In this document: positions 16,416-26,820 of the stretch, one piece after another
How the letters are laid out: every line of letters begins with the position of its first letter
Numbering within the stretch: position 1 is the stretch's first letter
Notes under the pieces: generated by a model
What the model saw: the letters and a program-made list of their open reading frames with translations, nothing else
The model's database searches: none
What the model was told of the DNA's origin: nothing
Assembly (NCBI GenBank): GCA_004294265.1
Contig: REAG01000117.1
Span: 540-64,539, forward strand
Reading direction: 5' to 3'
DNA length: 64,000 bases
DNA from: Cytophagales bacterium
GTDB taxonomy: Bacteria > Bacteroidota > Bacteroidia > Cytophagales > UBA9547
Translations under genes and position numbers: made by a program

Positions 16416-19400
16416 CTAAACATTTCTAATTTTTGACAAATAAGATACCGATGGCTTCACATTTATTTCTTCTAATAAATGATAAGCTCTTTCTTTATTT
16501 GTATCACTCAATAATTTGGTTATTCTGCTTTCTGGGTCATTCATATCTCCAAAAATAATCGCATCTGATGGACAAGACGAAGAACATGCTGTTTCAATTT
16601 CTCCATCAATAGGTCTTCTTTTTTCAATTTTAGCTGCCAACTTTCCAGATTGAATTCTTTGAACACACATTGAACATTTTTCCATAACGCCACGAGCACG
16701 AACTGTAACATCAGGATTTAAAACCATTTTACCTAATCCTTCGTTTTCACGAGAATCATGTGCAGGATTTATTCCAGAAAACTTCTCATTTGTGTAATAG
16801 CTAAACCAATTAAATCTACGAACTTTATATGGACAGTTGTTTGCACAATATCTTGTACCAACACATCTATTATAAGTCATTTGATTTAAACCTTCTGTAC
16901 TATGCGTTGTTGCTAAAACTGGACATACCGTTTCACAAGGAGCGTTATTACAATGTTGGCACATTACAGGTTGAAAAACAACTTGTGGATTTTCTGAGGG
17001 ATCTTCCATTGTGGTAAATCCTGCAATAGATTTATCTTCTTTATTATCAGAAGAATAATATCTATCAATTCGAATCCAATGCATTTCTCTTCGATTGATT
17101 ACCTCTTGTTTACCAACAACTGGCACATTATTTTCAGCTTGACAGCTAATAACACAGGAACCACAACCTGTACAAGAATTCAAATCTATGGCTAAACCCC
17201 AAAAGTGATTATTGTAATTATGTGTTTGTAAACCTTTAGTATCCCAAATTGATATATCCTCAGGTTTTTTCTCGCCCTCGTTTGTTTTAATCATTGGTCT
17301 AAAACGACCAGCATAAGGATCTTTAATATAATCTGACAATGAAGCTTCCTGAACAATAGGACGTGACATCATTGTTTGGTGCGTTTGTGTTTGTGCAATA
17401 GGAGAATTTTCTCCTGTTTTTTCTAAAGTACAAGTACCAGAAAAACTTGCAAAACCATCTAAAATTGAAATAAGTGGATAAGCATTTGCTCCTATACCAT
17501 TAGCTACTTTTCCTGCATTTTCTCTGCCATATCCTAAAGCAATCGAAACTGTATTGGCAGCTTGACCAGGTTGAATAAGAATAGGTAAAACTAACGAGAT
17601 TCCGTTTTTAGAGGTTAATTTAACTCTATCTCCTTGCTCTAAAGATTTTTCTTTGGCTAAAGATTTTGAAACACATATATAATTGTCCCATGTTGATTTG
17701 GTAATTGGTTCAGGAAATTCTTGTAACCAAGGGTTATTTGCTTGTGAACCATTTCCCATTCCAACTTTCTCATATAAAGAAAATTCTAATTCATTAGTCG
17801 ATTTTGAAATTGAAACGGCAGATGCGATTGAACTAGCATCAAAAGTGTATGGTAAAGATGAATTTGAACTAGGAAGTTCAAAAACACCATTATATTGAGC
17901 TTTATCCCAAAATAATTGAAAAGAAGTTATTTCCGATTGTTTAGGAAAAACATTAACTCTCCATACATATTGAACATAAGAAAAAGCATCCATCATTCCA
18001 CCTGACCATCTATTTAATGACTCAATAGATTGACGTGTAGAAAATAAAGATGATATTGTTGGTTGACAAATACTATATTTTCCCTCTGAAGGATTTGCAT
18101 CAGACCAACTTTCTAAAAAGTGATTATCTGGAGCAATAAAATTACAAATTGAAGAAGTTTCAGATGGTCTATCGCTAATGGCTACTCTTACTGCTACTTT
18201 AGATAAAGCAGATTTCAATTCTTTTCCTTTTGCAAAATCATAAATAGGATTACAACCTATAAAAATAACAGCTCCAGCATCGCCAGTCAGCAAACTAGAA
18301 ATTGTAGTTTCACTACCTTTTTTAAAGTTTGAAGGATTTGAAATAGAAATTGTTGAATCATAATTTCCCAACATTTGATTTATGTTGTTAATTATTAATT
18401 GTGTAGCTAAAACATTAGAAGAGGAAATAACTAAAGATTTACCTTTGGCATTAATTAAATCAGTCGATGCTGATTTAATCATTTTTGTATCTACCGAAGC
18501 AGCACCAGAAATTTGAGTTCCTCCCAAAGACGTTGCAATCGAATTGTGCAAAGCTATTACAAAAGACAATTCTTGTGATGGTTTTATAGCTGTTCTGAAA
18601 TCTGCGTTTGCACCAGTCAAGCTCATTGTTGTTTCAAACTGATAATGACGAGACATCGTTTTTTTATCTTTTGAAACTTTTCTATTTACAGAATAATCTT
18701 TAGTAAATTGAATTGGAGAAAGCCATGTTCCCAAAAAATCAGCTCCAAAAGAAACTATGACGTTAGCTTTTGAAAAATCGTAACTTGGAAGCGAATTAAC
18801 ATTAAAAGATTTACCGTTAGCAGCTAACATAGCAGATGATGAAATCGAATCATAAACTACGTGTGAAGCGGTTGGGAATTTTGCTATAAATTCATTGATG
18901 GCTTGTTGCAAAGAAATACTCAAAACAGTATTTGTAACTATTTTAATAGGCTTTCCTGCAGAAGAAACTTCAGATAAAGATTTACCTAACTGCGAATCTA
19001 AATCTTCCCAAGAAGATTTTTTACCTTCTATAACAGGATTTCTAAACCGTTCTTTATCATATAAAGACAAAACAGATGCTGCTACCCTTGCAGAAATAGC
19101 TCCTTTTGAAATTGAAGAATTTTTATTTCCTTCAATCTTAATCGGACGTCCTTCTCTTGTTTTAACGATTATAGAACAATAATCACCACCTTCGGCATAC
19201 GTAGAAGCATAATAATTAGGAATAGTAGCATCTACATCTTCAGGTTTATTCAAATAAGGTATGGCTTTTCTTACGGGAGTTTCGCAAGCAGCCAAAGTAG
19301 CAGCAGCAACGCCAAAACCCATCATTTTAAGAAAATCTCTTCTATAATGACCGCCATTTTCTGACTCAGAGGGAAGAAAATCAGGAAACTCTTGTTTTGC

Positions 19401-19472
19401 ATTTTTAACAAACTCAGGAGATTGTTCCAATTCCTCTAATCCTCTCCAATAGGTTTTGTTAGTAAGCGACAT
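16416..19472 (-). CDS. actB: ACIII subunit ActB (Tat-exported molybdopterin-oxidoreductase-like domain fused to a 4Fe-4S ferredoxin domain)
   Basis: Twin-arginine signal RRDFLKMMGFGVAAATLAAC. C-terminal cysteine clusters CTGCGSCVISC, CQHCNNAPCETVCP and CVGTRYCANNCP. Confidence 0.9.
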   Translation of the reverse strand: MSLTNKTYWRGLEELEQSPEFVKNAKQEFPDFLPSESENGGHYRRDFLKMMGFGVAAATLAACETPVRKAIPYLNKPEDVDATIPNYYASTYAEGGDYCSIIVKTREGRPIKIEGNKNSSISKGAISARVAASVLSLYDKERFRNPVIEGKKSSWEDLDSQLGKSLSEVSSAGKPIKIVTNTVLSISLQQAINEFIAKFPTASHVVYDSISSSAMLAANGKSFNVNSLPSYDFSKANVIVSFGADFLGTWLSPIQFTKDYSVNRKVSKDKKTMSRHYQFETTMSLTGANADFRTAIKPSQELSFVIALHNSIATSLGGTQISGAASVDTKMIKSASTDLINAKGKSLVISSSNVLATQLIINNINQMLGNYDSTISISNPSNFKKGSETTISSLLTGDAGAVIFIGCNPIYDFAKGKELKSALSKVAVRVAISDRPSETSSICNFIAPDNHFLESWSDANPSEGKYSICQPTISSLFSTRQSIESLNRWSGGMMDAFSYVQYVWRVNVFPKQSEITSFQLFWDKAQYNGVFELPSSNSSLPYTFDASSIASAVSISKSTNELEFSLYEKVGMGNGSQANNPWLQEFPEPITKSTWDNYICVSKSLAKEKSLEQGDRVKLTSKNGISLVLPILIQPGQAANTVSIALGYGRENAGKVANGIGANAYPLISILDGFASFSGTCTLEKTGENSPIAQTQTHQTMMSRPIVQEASLSDYIKDPYAGRFRPMIKTNEGEKKPEDISIWDTKGLQTHNYNNHFWGLAIDLNSCTGCGSCVISCQAENNVPVVGKQEVINRREMHWIRIDRYYSSDNKEDKSIAGFTTMEDPSENPQVVFQPVMCQHCNNAPCETVCPVLATTHSTEGLNQMTYNRCVGTRYCANNCPYKVRRFNWFSYYTNEKFSGINPAHDSRENEGLGKMVLNPDVTVRARGVMEKCSMCVQRIQSGKLAAKIEKRRPIDGEIETACSSSCPSDAIIFGDMNDPESRITKLLSDTNKERAYHLLEEINVKPSVSYLSKIRNV

Positions 19473-19531
19473 ATATTTTTACTTATTTAATAACTAATGA
19501 ATATTTTTAACAACAATTTTAATGATAAATC

Positions 19532-20788
19532 TTAATAATGGCATTTAGAACACTCTAATCCACCAATATCTTTTACTTTCATTGGTTCTTTAACTGCATT
19601 TCCATCTTGAGATTTAGTATGAGCAGCCATTAAAGCATCGTAATAATGATTATCTTTTCCGTTTACAGCTGTTTCTCTGTGACAATTAATACACCATCCC
19701 ATTGTTAAAGGCGAATATTGTTGAACAACTTCCATAGTTTCAATTGGACCATGACATTGTTGACATTCAATTCCACCTACTTTAGCATGTGTAGCATGAT
19801 TAAAATTAGCTAAATCAGGTAAATTATGAACTCTAACCCATTCAATCGGACGACCAGTTGATATTGCTTTGTAAATTTTTTGAATTTCAGGAGACTCTTG
19901 TTTGATTGCGTTATGACAATTCATACAAATATTGGCAGATGGAATACTTGCAGATTTAGACTTATAAACACCCGTATGACAATAATTACAACCTATTTTG
20001 TACTCGCCAGCGTGAAGTTTGTGCGAAAAAGCAATCGGTTGAGTAGGTGCATATCCTTGTGAAATACCAATTCCTACCAGCCCATCTAAACAAGCTTTTC
20101 CAATAACTAAAATAAAAGCAAATGTAGCTATACCTTTAAACGCTTTGCTGTTATAAACTGCAGACAAATCAAATTTACTTTCAATAACTTCTTTATCAAT
20201 ATCTGAAATATTTGTACTTGAATTCAAATATTTTGTTATAATAGATAGTATTAAAACTAAGACTATTAGTATAATTACTAAAACAAGAACAAATAAAACC
20301 AGAATAAAATTATTTGATACACCATCATTTGAAGATACTTGCTGAACACCACCTCCACCTTGAGGAACTGCAGCTGCAGCAACAACGGGAACTTTTTCAG
20401 ATTCAGACTTAATATATGCAACAATAGATATTATTTCAGCATCTTTAAAATCAAAAGATTGCATTTGTGTCTTTCCAAACTTATTATAAATTTCATTTGC
20501 ATAAGCATCACCGCTATTAATTAATAAAGTAGAATTTTTAATCCATTTGATTAACCAAGGCAAAGGACGTCTTGCATGAACACCTTTAAGACCAGGACCA
20601 ACTACAACATCATCTGAAACTCCATGACATTGAGTACAATTATTTTCAAATAAAGCCTTACCTGCCGAAATAACTGCATCATCTGTAGGAATAGTTTGAC
20701 CCTTTGAAAATGAAAATGAAAAAAGGATGAGTGTAAGTACAGTAAATTTAGCGGAAATTTTTCTTAAAACTTTGTAATCGTAAGACAT
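19532..20788 (-). CDS. actA: ACIII multiheme cytochrome c subunit ActA with an N-terminal monoheme domain
   Basis: CxxCH motifs CTQCH, CNYCH, CMNCH, CQQCH, CINCH and CSKCH. A central TM segment is present and the gene is first in the cluster. Confidence 0.85.
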   Translation of the reverse strand: MSYDYKVLRKISAKFTVLTLILFSFSFSKGQTIPTDDAVISAGKALFENNCTQCHGVSDDVVVGPGLKGVHARRPLPWLIKWIKNSTLLINSGDAYANEIYNKFGKTQMQSFDFKDAEIISIVAYIKSESEKVPVVAAAAVPQGGGGVQQVSSNDGVSNNFILVLFVLVLVIILIVLVLILSIITKYLNSSTNISDIDKEVIESKFDLSAVYNSKAFKGIATFAFILVIGKACLDGLVGIGISQGYAPTQPIAFSHKLHAGEYKIGCNYCHTGVYKSKSASIPSANICMNCHNAIKQESPEIQKIYKAISTGRPIEWVRVHNLPDLANFNHATHAKVGGIECQQCHGPIETMEVVQQYSPLTMGWCINCHRETAVNGKDNHYYDALMAAHTKSQDGNAVKEPMKVKDIGGLECSKCHY

Positions 20789-20974
20789 ATATGCAAATTC
20801 TATTTTGATTGGTACAAATTTAATATCACAATTTTTATAATCAAATATAAAATGTATAAAAAAAATATAAATTTTAATTTAAAAGAAAAAAACGCATCAA
20901 AAATGCCTAAAAACGAGTTTTTAAAGGAAATTAAAAAAAAAAAACGCTTAATTTAGAATAATTTTAAATAACAA

Positions 20975-22189
20975 CTAAAGTCTTGATATTAAAAAAAGTT
21001 TAATGTCTTTAAATTTTAGCTCAAATCTTTTTGCAATAGATTGATTTGTTAGACTTCCTTTATAAGAATAAACACCTTTCATTAACCATTCTTTTGAAAA
21101 AATAGCATCATCGATTCCTCCATGATTGTCAATTTGAAGTAATAAAGGAGTAAATATATTGCTTAAAGCAGTTGTTGCTGTACGAGCTACTCTTGAAGCA
21201 ATATTTGGAACACAATAATGTATAACTCCATGCGATTTGTAAGTTGGTCTTTTAAGTGAAGTTAGCTTTGATGTTTCAAAACAACCGCCTTGATCAATAC
21301 TTACATCTACTATAACACTATCAGACTTCATATTAGAAACCATTAACTCTGTAACTACACAAGGACTTCTATCATCTTCAGAACGTAAAGCACCTATAAC
21401 TACATCGGCTTCAGATAAAGCATGAGAAAGTGTAAAAGTATCAAGAGTTGATGTGTAAATATGAGCTCCCAAATTTTGTTTAAGTCTTCTTAATTTATAA
21501 ATATGATTATCAAAAATTTTAACTTCAGCTCCCAGACCCATTGCGGTTCTTGCTGCATACTCAGCAACAGTTCCAGCACCCAAAATAACAACTTTTGTGG
21601 GTGGAACACCTGTAATTCCTCCTAAAATCATCCCTTTACCTTCATTAGCACTGCTCAAATACTCGGCAGCAATTAACATTACTGTACTTCCAGATATCTC
21701 ACTCATTGCTCTTACAATGGGCTTTCCTCCAACTTTATCTTCAATAAATTCTAAAGCAATTCCAGTAATTCTTTTTTGGACAATAGATTCAATATATTCA
21801 GATGTAACTTTTGCCATTTGCAAAGCCGAAAATAATGTTTGACCAGCCCTCATGTATTCCAATTCAGATAAAGTTGGAGGCATAACCTTCAAAATAATAT
21901 CAGCTTTATAAACTTCAAATGTAGAATATACTATTTTTGCACCTGCCTCACTAAAATCATTATCAGAATATTTTGCAGTTTCACCAGCTTTAGACTCTAC
22001 CCAAACTTCATGCCCGTTATTAACTAACAACAAAACACCTTCAGGTGTTAGCATAATTCGACTTTCATACTCTTCAATCTCTCTGGGAATACCAATAAAT
22101 AAACTTTTTGAATCTCTTTTAATTTTTAATAATTGCTCTTGAGGATATAATGCGTGCATTTGAGCAAGTTCTGAAATTCCTTTTTTCAT
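20975..22189 (-). CDS. ald: alanine dehydrogenase / PNT-family NAD(H)-dependent dehydrogenase
   Basis: GIPREIEEYESRIMLTPEGVLLLVNNGHEVWVESKAG matches the AlaDH/PNT N-terminal domain. Rossmann motif VVILGAGTVAEYAAR. Confidence 0.75.
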   Translation of the reverse strand: MKKGISELAQMHALYPQEQLLKIKRDSKSLFIGIPREIEEYESRIMLTPEGVLLLVNNGHEVWVESKAGETAKYSDNDFSEAGAKIVYSTFEVYKADIILKVMPPTLSELEYMRAGQTLFSALQMAKVTSEYIESIVQKRITGIALEFIEDKVGGKPIVRAMSEISGSTVMLIAAEYLSSANEGKGMILGGITGVPPTKVVILGAGTVAEYAARTAMGLGAEVKIFDNHIYKLRRLKQNLGAHIYTSTLDTFTLSHALSEADVVIGALRSEDDRSPCVVTELMVSNMKSDSVIVDVSIDQGGCFETSKLTSLKRPTYKSHGVIHYCVPNIASRVARTATTALSNIFTPLLLQIDNHGGIDDAIFSKEWLMKGVYSYKGSLTNQSIAKRFELKFKDIKLFLISRL

Positions 22190-22233
22190 CTGTAAAGAAT
22201 CTAAAATTTAATAATAACCAAATATAAAAAAAA

Positions 22234-22671
22234 TTAAGAAATAACAATATTTAATTTTCTTGATAAATTATCTAAAACTTCAAAATTTAATTTAAGTACT
22301 TTATGTGGTAACAAACTTGAAACCATGGAAGACCATTCAATAAAACAATAATTACCGGAATCTAAATATTCATCAAAACCTAAATCTAATGCTTCAGATT
22401 CGTGTTTAATTCTGTAAAAATCAAAATGATAAATTACTATATTATCTAAAGAAATATATTCATTAACAACAGAAAAGGTAGGACTATTAACTAAAGAAAT
22501 AACATTTAATTCTTTACAAAGCTCTTTTATAAAGGTAGTTTTTCCAACTCCCATTGAACCATTAAAGAGCCAAATTTTATAGTCAGAATAATTTAAAATC
22601 AAAAACCTTACAATTGAATTGATTTCATATAAATTAAAAATAAATGATTTATTAGTCATAGTTATTACCAA
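22234..22671 (-). CDS. tsaE: tRNA t6A37 biosynthesis ATPase TsaE
   Basis: P-loop GSMGVGKTTFIK, SPTFSVVNEY and HFDFYR, at ~140 aa. Confidence 0.85.
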   Translation of the reverse strand: MVITMTNKSFIFNLYEINSIVRFLILNYSDYKIWLFNGSMGVGKTTFIKELCKELNVISLVNSPTFSVVNEYISLDNIVIYHFDFYRIKHESEALDLGFDEYLDSGNYCFIEWSSMVSSLLPHKVLKLNFEVLDNLSRKLNIVIS

Positions 22672-23191
22672 TTGTAAAAACTAAACCAACAGTAAAAGTA
22701 AAAAATTGTCTATCATAAATTTCAGAGAAAACATGGTTATATTTAAAATTAAAATTTGTTGCCCATTTTTCAGAAAATTCATACAATAAACCCACATTTG
22801 GAGCTAAACCTATTCCACTAAAATTTAACTGAGCTCTATTAAAACCTTGAAAAGAAGTGGACATATTATAATACGCAAAATCACAACCAATGTAGGGAGT
22901 TAAATTTGATTTTTTAAAAAAATAATCAAAGCTACCTCCTAAAGTGTACATAGTTGGAGTAATTCCTAAGAATTGAGAATTAAAAACATAGTAATTTGCC
23001 AAACCGCCAATAGCAAAATTTTCAGTTAGCAAATATTTTGCATTAAAACCAATTCCAAAACCTCTTCCAATTTGTTGATTATTTATGCCTGTTGGTAAAG
23101 TGAAATTTGCATTAGCACCAATTTTAAATTGTCCAAAAATATTAAGATTTAAAAAAATAAAAAAAAGTAAAAAAAACTTAAAAATAACCAT
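22652..23191 (-). CDS. small outer-membrane beta-barrel protein (porin-family-like)
   Basis: Signal peptide, alternating aromatic/glycine beta-strand pattern, and a C-terminal FTFTVGLVF-type strand. Confidence 0.5.
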   Translation of the reverse strand: MVIFKFFLLFFIFLNLNIFGQFKIGANANFTLPTGINNQQIGRGFGIGFNAKYLLTENFAIGGLANYYVFNSQFLGITPTMYTLGGSFDYFFKKSNLTPYIGCDFAYYNMSTSFQGFNRAQLNFSGIGLAPNVGLLYEFSEKWATNFNFKYNHVFSEIYDRQFFTFTVGLVFTIGNNYD

Positions 23192-23253
23192 TTAATTAAA
23201 AATAAAATTCTACAAATAAAGCAAAAAAGAGCCCTAAGGCTCTTTTTATATTT

Positions 23254-24261
23254 TTAAAATTCCCAAAGATTATGTTCAAATTCCATTAAATCATTTGCAG
23301 CTTTTTCAGAACCATACCTTCCTTTTTTTAAGTCCCCTCCATAAGTATCAACAATTTGTTCATCATTAGGATTAGAAACTTTATATATATAAGAAGAAAA
23401 TAATCTTAAATCAAAAGCATCAGAATAATTTCTGTGTTCAGAATCATTTTCGCGATTAAACCAGTTTGCTCTGTTGTCTTTTTTGAAAAGTTCAACTAAA
23501 TCTTTAAACTTTACAGTTGCAACAGGCTGGTTAAACCCCCTAGGATTGATTGAGGCGGGAATATAAACTGTTATTGCAACAATATCATAATAAATTCTTG
23601 ATCTTTTTCTATCGAATATAGCATCTTCTCTAATACTCATCAAAGTCATTTGTTTTGGATCAAGATTTGCCGAATTAGCATAGCTTTTTAAAGCTTCACG
23701 TTTTTCATCAGGAGCCATTCCAGAAGTGTCAGGTGCTTGAACATTAGGATCAACAATGTTAGCTTTAAACTGTTCGTCAGTTAAAATTTTACCTTCATCC
23801 AAAGAGTCAGTTGAATATGGTTTTAACTTTCCTAATTTTAGATATTCCAAAATCAGAGTAGGAAGTTCATGGTTTACAGACATAAAAGATTTATTTTGTT
23901 TTTCTTTCATATCCATAAATCTCCAAACAGTTTTTCGATACATTATATCCTTATCCAAAATAGGGCGAACAGAATATTTATTAAAATTATCAGGGGAAAT
24001 AACCCTTCTGATTTTTGCTTCATATTCAGCTAATCTTCGTTGACGTTCAGCTTCAGCTTCAGCTTTCTTTTTATTTTCTTCATCAGCTTTAGCTTGATTA
24101 GCAGCTGCTGCTTCGGCTTTCATTTGCTCAGAAGACTTTGATGGAACAGCTGAAACAGTTGGTTTTTTTCCTTTTTTTTGAGAAAAAGCCGGATTTATAC
24201 CTAAAGCCAAAATAAGTGAACACGATAATAATGTATTACGAATCATATTTGTATTATTCAA
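23254..24261 (-). CDS. gldN: gliding motility / T9SS protein GldN (PorN)
   Basis: Signal peptide, size ~335 aa, and immediately downstream of gldM in the conserved gldKLMN order. Confidence 0.8.
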   Translation of the reverse strand: MNNTNMIRNTLLSCSLILALGINPAFSQKKGKKPTVSAVPSKSSEQMKAEAAAANQAKADEENKKKAEAEAERQRRLAEYEAKIRRVISPDNFNKYSVRPILDKDIMYRKTVWRFMDMKEKQNKSFMSVNHELPTLILEYLKLGKLKPYSTDSLDEGKILTDEQFKANIVDPNVQAPDTSGMAPDEKREALKSYANSANLDPKQMTLMSIREDAIFDRKRSRIYYDIVAITVYIPASINPRGFNQPVATVKFKDLVELFKKDNRANWFNRENDSEHRNYSDAFDLRLFSSYIYKVSNPNDEQIVDTYGGDLKKGRYGSEKAANDLMEFEHNLWEF

Positions 24262-24264
24262 TTT

Positions 24265-25890
24265 TTAAATAATAGGAACTGTATATATTGTTTGTGAGAT
24301 ATTAACTGTTTCAGTTTTATCATAGAAATTTGTTCTCAAAACTTCTTTTATTTCTATAGTAATCCTATCATTAGGAGCTGCCAAGGAAGCAAAAGAACTC
24401 AAATCAATTAATTCCGAAGATGCATCCATTTGTTTTACCAATCTAGAACCTCTTAATAAGTAAGCTGACCATTTTGATACTTTATAACGAGCATCTTTAG
24501 GGTTTGAAGCTAAGAAATCTGGTAAAGGAACGGCTTTGATTTGTAACTGACGTGGTCCAGGAGATTTAATTCCATTTTTCAAATCAACTAATTTTCCACC
24601 TGTCAAGATATTAATATCAGGTTTTGGAACACCTTTAACAGGAAAAGTAACATCACCAATATAATTACCACTACTTGAAACTTTAATAGCAACATTCTTG
24701 GTGTTAGGAATAACAAATATAGAACCTTTTTGAGCTCCGTTTTGAATTGCAGCACCACTTGCTTGGAAAGTAGGATTATAAACTGAACCTAAGGCAGGTA
24801 CATTTATCTGTAATGGGTTTCCACAATTCATATAAAGTGCTGAAACAGCACCAGACTGAACTTGAATAACTGGTTTAGCAACTACATATTCTCCTTTTAC
24901 TGTAAAAGAAGTATCTTTACCTCTGTTTTTGAAAGTAACTGTTGAATTCCAAGATTTTTTTGCTAAACCATCTTTATCATACGCACCACCAGTTGCAGTA
25001 AATTCTAATTTACCACGACCGTCTTTATCCACTACTAACTGACGACCGTCAACTTTAATAACAGGTTTAAGAGCTGAAGAAGAAGCAGCTAAAAACACTT
25101 CAGCATTATATTTAGTTCCAGCAGCAACAACTCTTGAATCAGCTCTGTACATGGCAAATACTTGATCAAACTTTATGTCAGAAGCACCTAATTCAGCAGC
25201 TAATAAACTTAAAGCATCTGATTCGTATTTTAAAACCTCAGATTCCATCATACTCATTACTGCCATAGAAGCACACATTGGAGTTTGACCAAAATTTAAT
25301 GCTGCGAAATCTTTACGTTTTTGTTCTTTACTTGTAATACGTGGGTCATCTTTAGCGTCAAGTGCAATGTACTTAAAAGATCTAGTTTTGGCATTTTCTG
25401 AATCACCTTCTTTTAATTTGAGGTTATTAAGATAATCAACAAAACCATTAATTTTCTTTTGAAAATCATAGGCTTTACCATTTTTTCTACCTTCAGCACC
25501 AATCATAAGTTGCTCAACTTCCGTTTCAGCTTTCGCACCTTTCCAGTTTACACCATCTTCTTCATAACCACCAGTTACCTTAACTAACTCTTCACGAGTT
25601 TTATCAATGTATAGTTTTATTTCACGTGCTTCTTTTACAACTTCTTCTGCACGTTTTAGAACTGCCTGGTCGCTACTTTTATTACCATTATCAGCAACAG
25701 ATTTAGCAATTACTTGCTTTATTTCTGTATTATTTGTATCATTTTCATCGTTAGAAAATTGTAAACTTTCATCAAGGAATTTGAATTTTTCCATGATTGC
25801 TGAACTTACTTGAAGTGCTAACAATGCAAGCAAAACGAGGTACATCAGACCTACTAATTTTTGCCTTGGGGTTTCTTTACCACCAGCCAT
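24265..25890 (-). CDS. gldM: gliding motility / T9SS protein GldM (PorM)
   Basis: The N-terminus MAGGKETPRQKLVGLMYLVLLALLALQVS closely resembles the conserved GldM start (MAGGKLTPRQK..NLMYLV). Confidence 0.92.
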   Translation of the reverse strand: MAGGKETPRQKLVGLMYLVLLALLALQVSSAIMEKFKFLDESLQFSNDENDTNNTEIKQVIAKSVADNGNKSSDQAVLKRAEEVVKEAREIKLYIDKTREELVKVTGGYEEDGVNWKGAKAETEVEQLMIGAEGRKNGKAYDFQKKINGFVDYLNNLKLKEGDSENAKTRSFKYIALDAKDDPRITSKEQKRKDFAALNFGQTPMCASMAVMSMMESEVLKYESDALSLLAAELGASDIKFDQVFAMYRADSRVVAAGTKYNAEVFLAASSSALKPVIKVDGRQLVVDKDGRGKLEFTATGGAYDKDGLAKKSWNSTVTFKNRGKDTSFTVKGEYVVAKPVIQVQSGAVSALYMNCGNPLQINVPALGSVYNPTFQASGAAIQNGAQKGSIFVIPNTKNVAIKVSSSGNYIGDVTFPVKGVPKPDINILTGGKLVDLKNGIKSPGPRQLQIKAVPLPDFLASNPKDARYKVSKWSAYLLRGSRLVKQMDASSELIDLSSFASLAAPNDRITIEIKEVLRTNFYDKTETVNISQTIYTVPII

Positions 25891-25934
25891 CTTATATAAT
25901 ATTAAATTTTAAATTAAAAGAACCTTTGAAAATA

Positions 25935-26753
25935 TTAACCTTTCATTGCAGAAAGCATGTTACCATATACTGTATTTAAAGAAGTTAAATTACCAGTTAA
26001 TTTAGATAATTCACCTTTAAAAACTTGAGTATCTTTACTTGCCTCTGACATATTTTCCATAGCAGAAGAAAGAGTACCATAAAATTTATTCATTGATTTC
26101 AAATGAACATTAACATCTTGTAATTCCATTTCATAAACTGCATTTAAAGCACTAAGATTTTTCGTAATACTTTGAACTTGCGTATGATATTCTTTTGCAT
26201 CTGAAGAAGCATTTGCCATAGAAGACATTGCAGTTACAGTTGTTGAATAGGATTTGTTTAACTCTTGTATAGATGCTGTTGCAGCTTTAACATTAGTAGC
26301 ATATTCGTCAGATGCAATAGCTGCATTTGCAACAGATCCCATTTGAGAAACAGACTGACTAAGAGCAGAAAAACCTGAACCTAATTTAGAAAGAGTATCT
26401 GGAGTAATGTTGGCTTCTGCCATCATATCATCCATTTTCTTTACTAAACCTTTTCCATCTTTTTTCTCTTCTTTTTTATGAGAAACGTGAGAATGTACTT
26501 CGCCTAATTCTGGATAAACAATAGTCCAATCAGGTTCAGTAACTGGGGGTGCAAAAGCAAAAAGTAAGAATAAAATAGCTTCAGTACCTAAACCGACAAT
26601 AAGCATAGGAGCGGCACCAGGCCAGTGCATGATTTTAAAAAGGGCACCTAAAATAACGATTGCTGCACCTACTCCAGTTATAACAGGAGCTATTTTTGAA
26701 TAAAATTTATCTTTTCCAGTAAGGGCGTGGGAAGATCTGTAAGAAGTACTCAT
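25935..26753 (-). CDS. gldL: gliding motility / T9SS protein GldL (PorL)
   Basis: Two N-terminal TM helices with GAAIVILGALFKIMHWPGA and GLGTEAILFLLFAF, followed by a cytoplasmic helical domain. Confidence 0.9.
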   Translation of the reverse strand: MSTSYRSSHALTGKDKFYSKIAPVITGVGAAIVILGALFKIMHWPGAAPMLIVGLGTEAILFLLFAFAPPVTEPDWTIVYPELGEVHSHVSHKKEEKKDGKGLVKKMDDMMAEANITPDTLSKLGSGFSALSQSVSQMGSVANAAIASDEYATNVKAATASIQELNKSYSTTVTAMSSMANASSDAKEYHTQVQSITKNLSALNAVYEMELQDVNVHLKSMNKFYGTLSSAMENMSEASKDTQVFKGELSKLTGNLTSLNTVYGNMLSAMKG

Positions 26754-26820
26754 TTTTTGAAATTAATTAAGGTTAAATAAATTGTTAAAGTTGAAAGAAA
26801 AATTGATTAAAAGTTAAGGA

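Noticed and set aside
20340-20400. GC-richer patch in actA encoding AAAAVPQGGGGVQQ, containing ctgcagctgcag
   Set aside because: I checked it as a possible sixth in-frame insert. It has no similarity to the element consensus and no comparable hairpin. It looks like an ordinary Ala/Gly linker before the TM segment.
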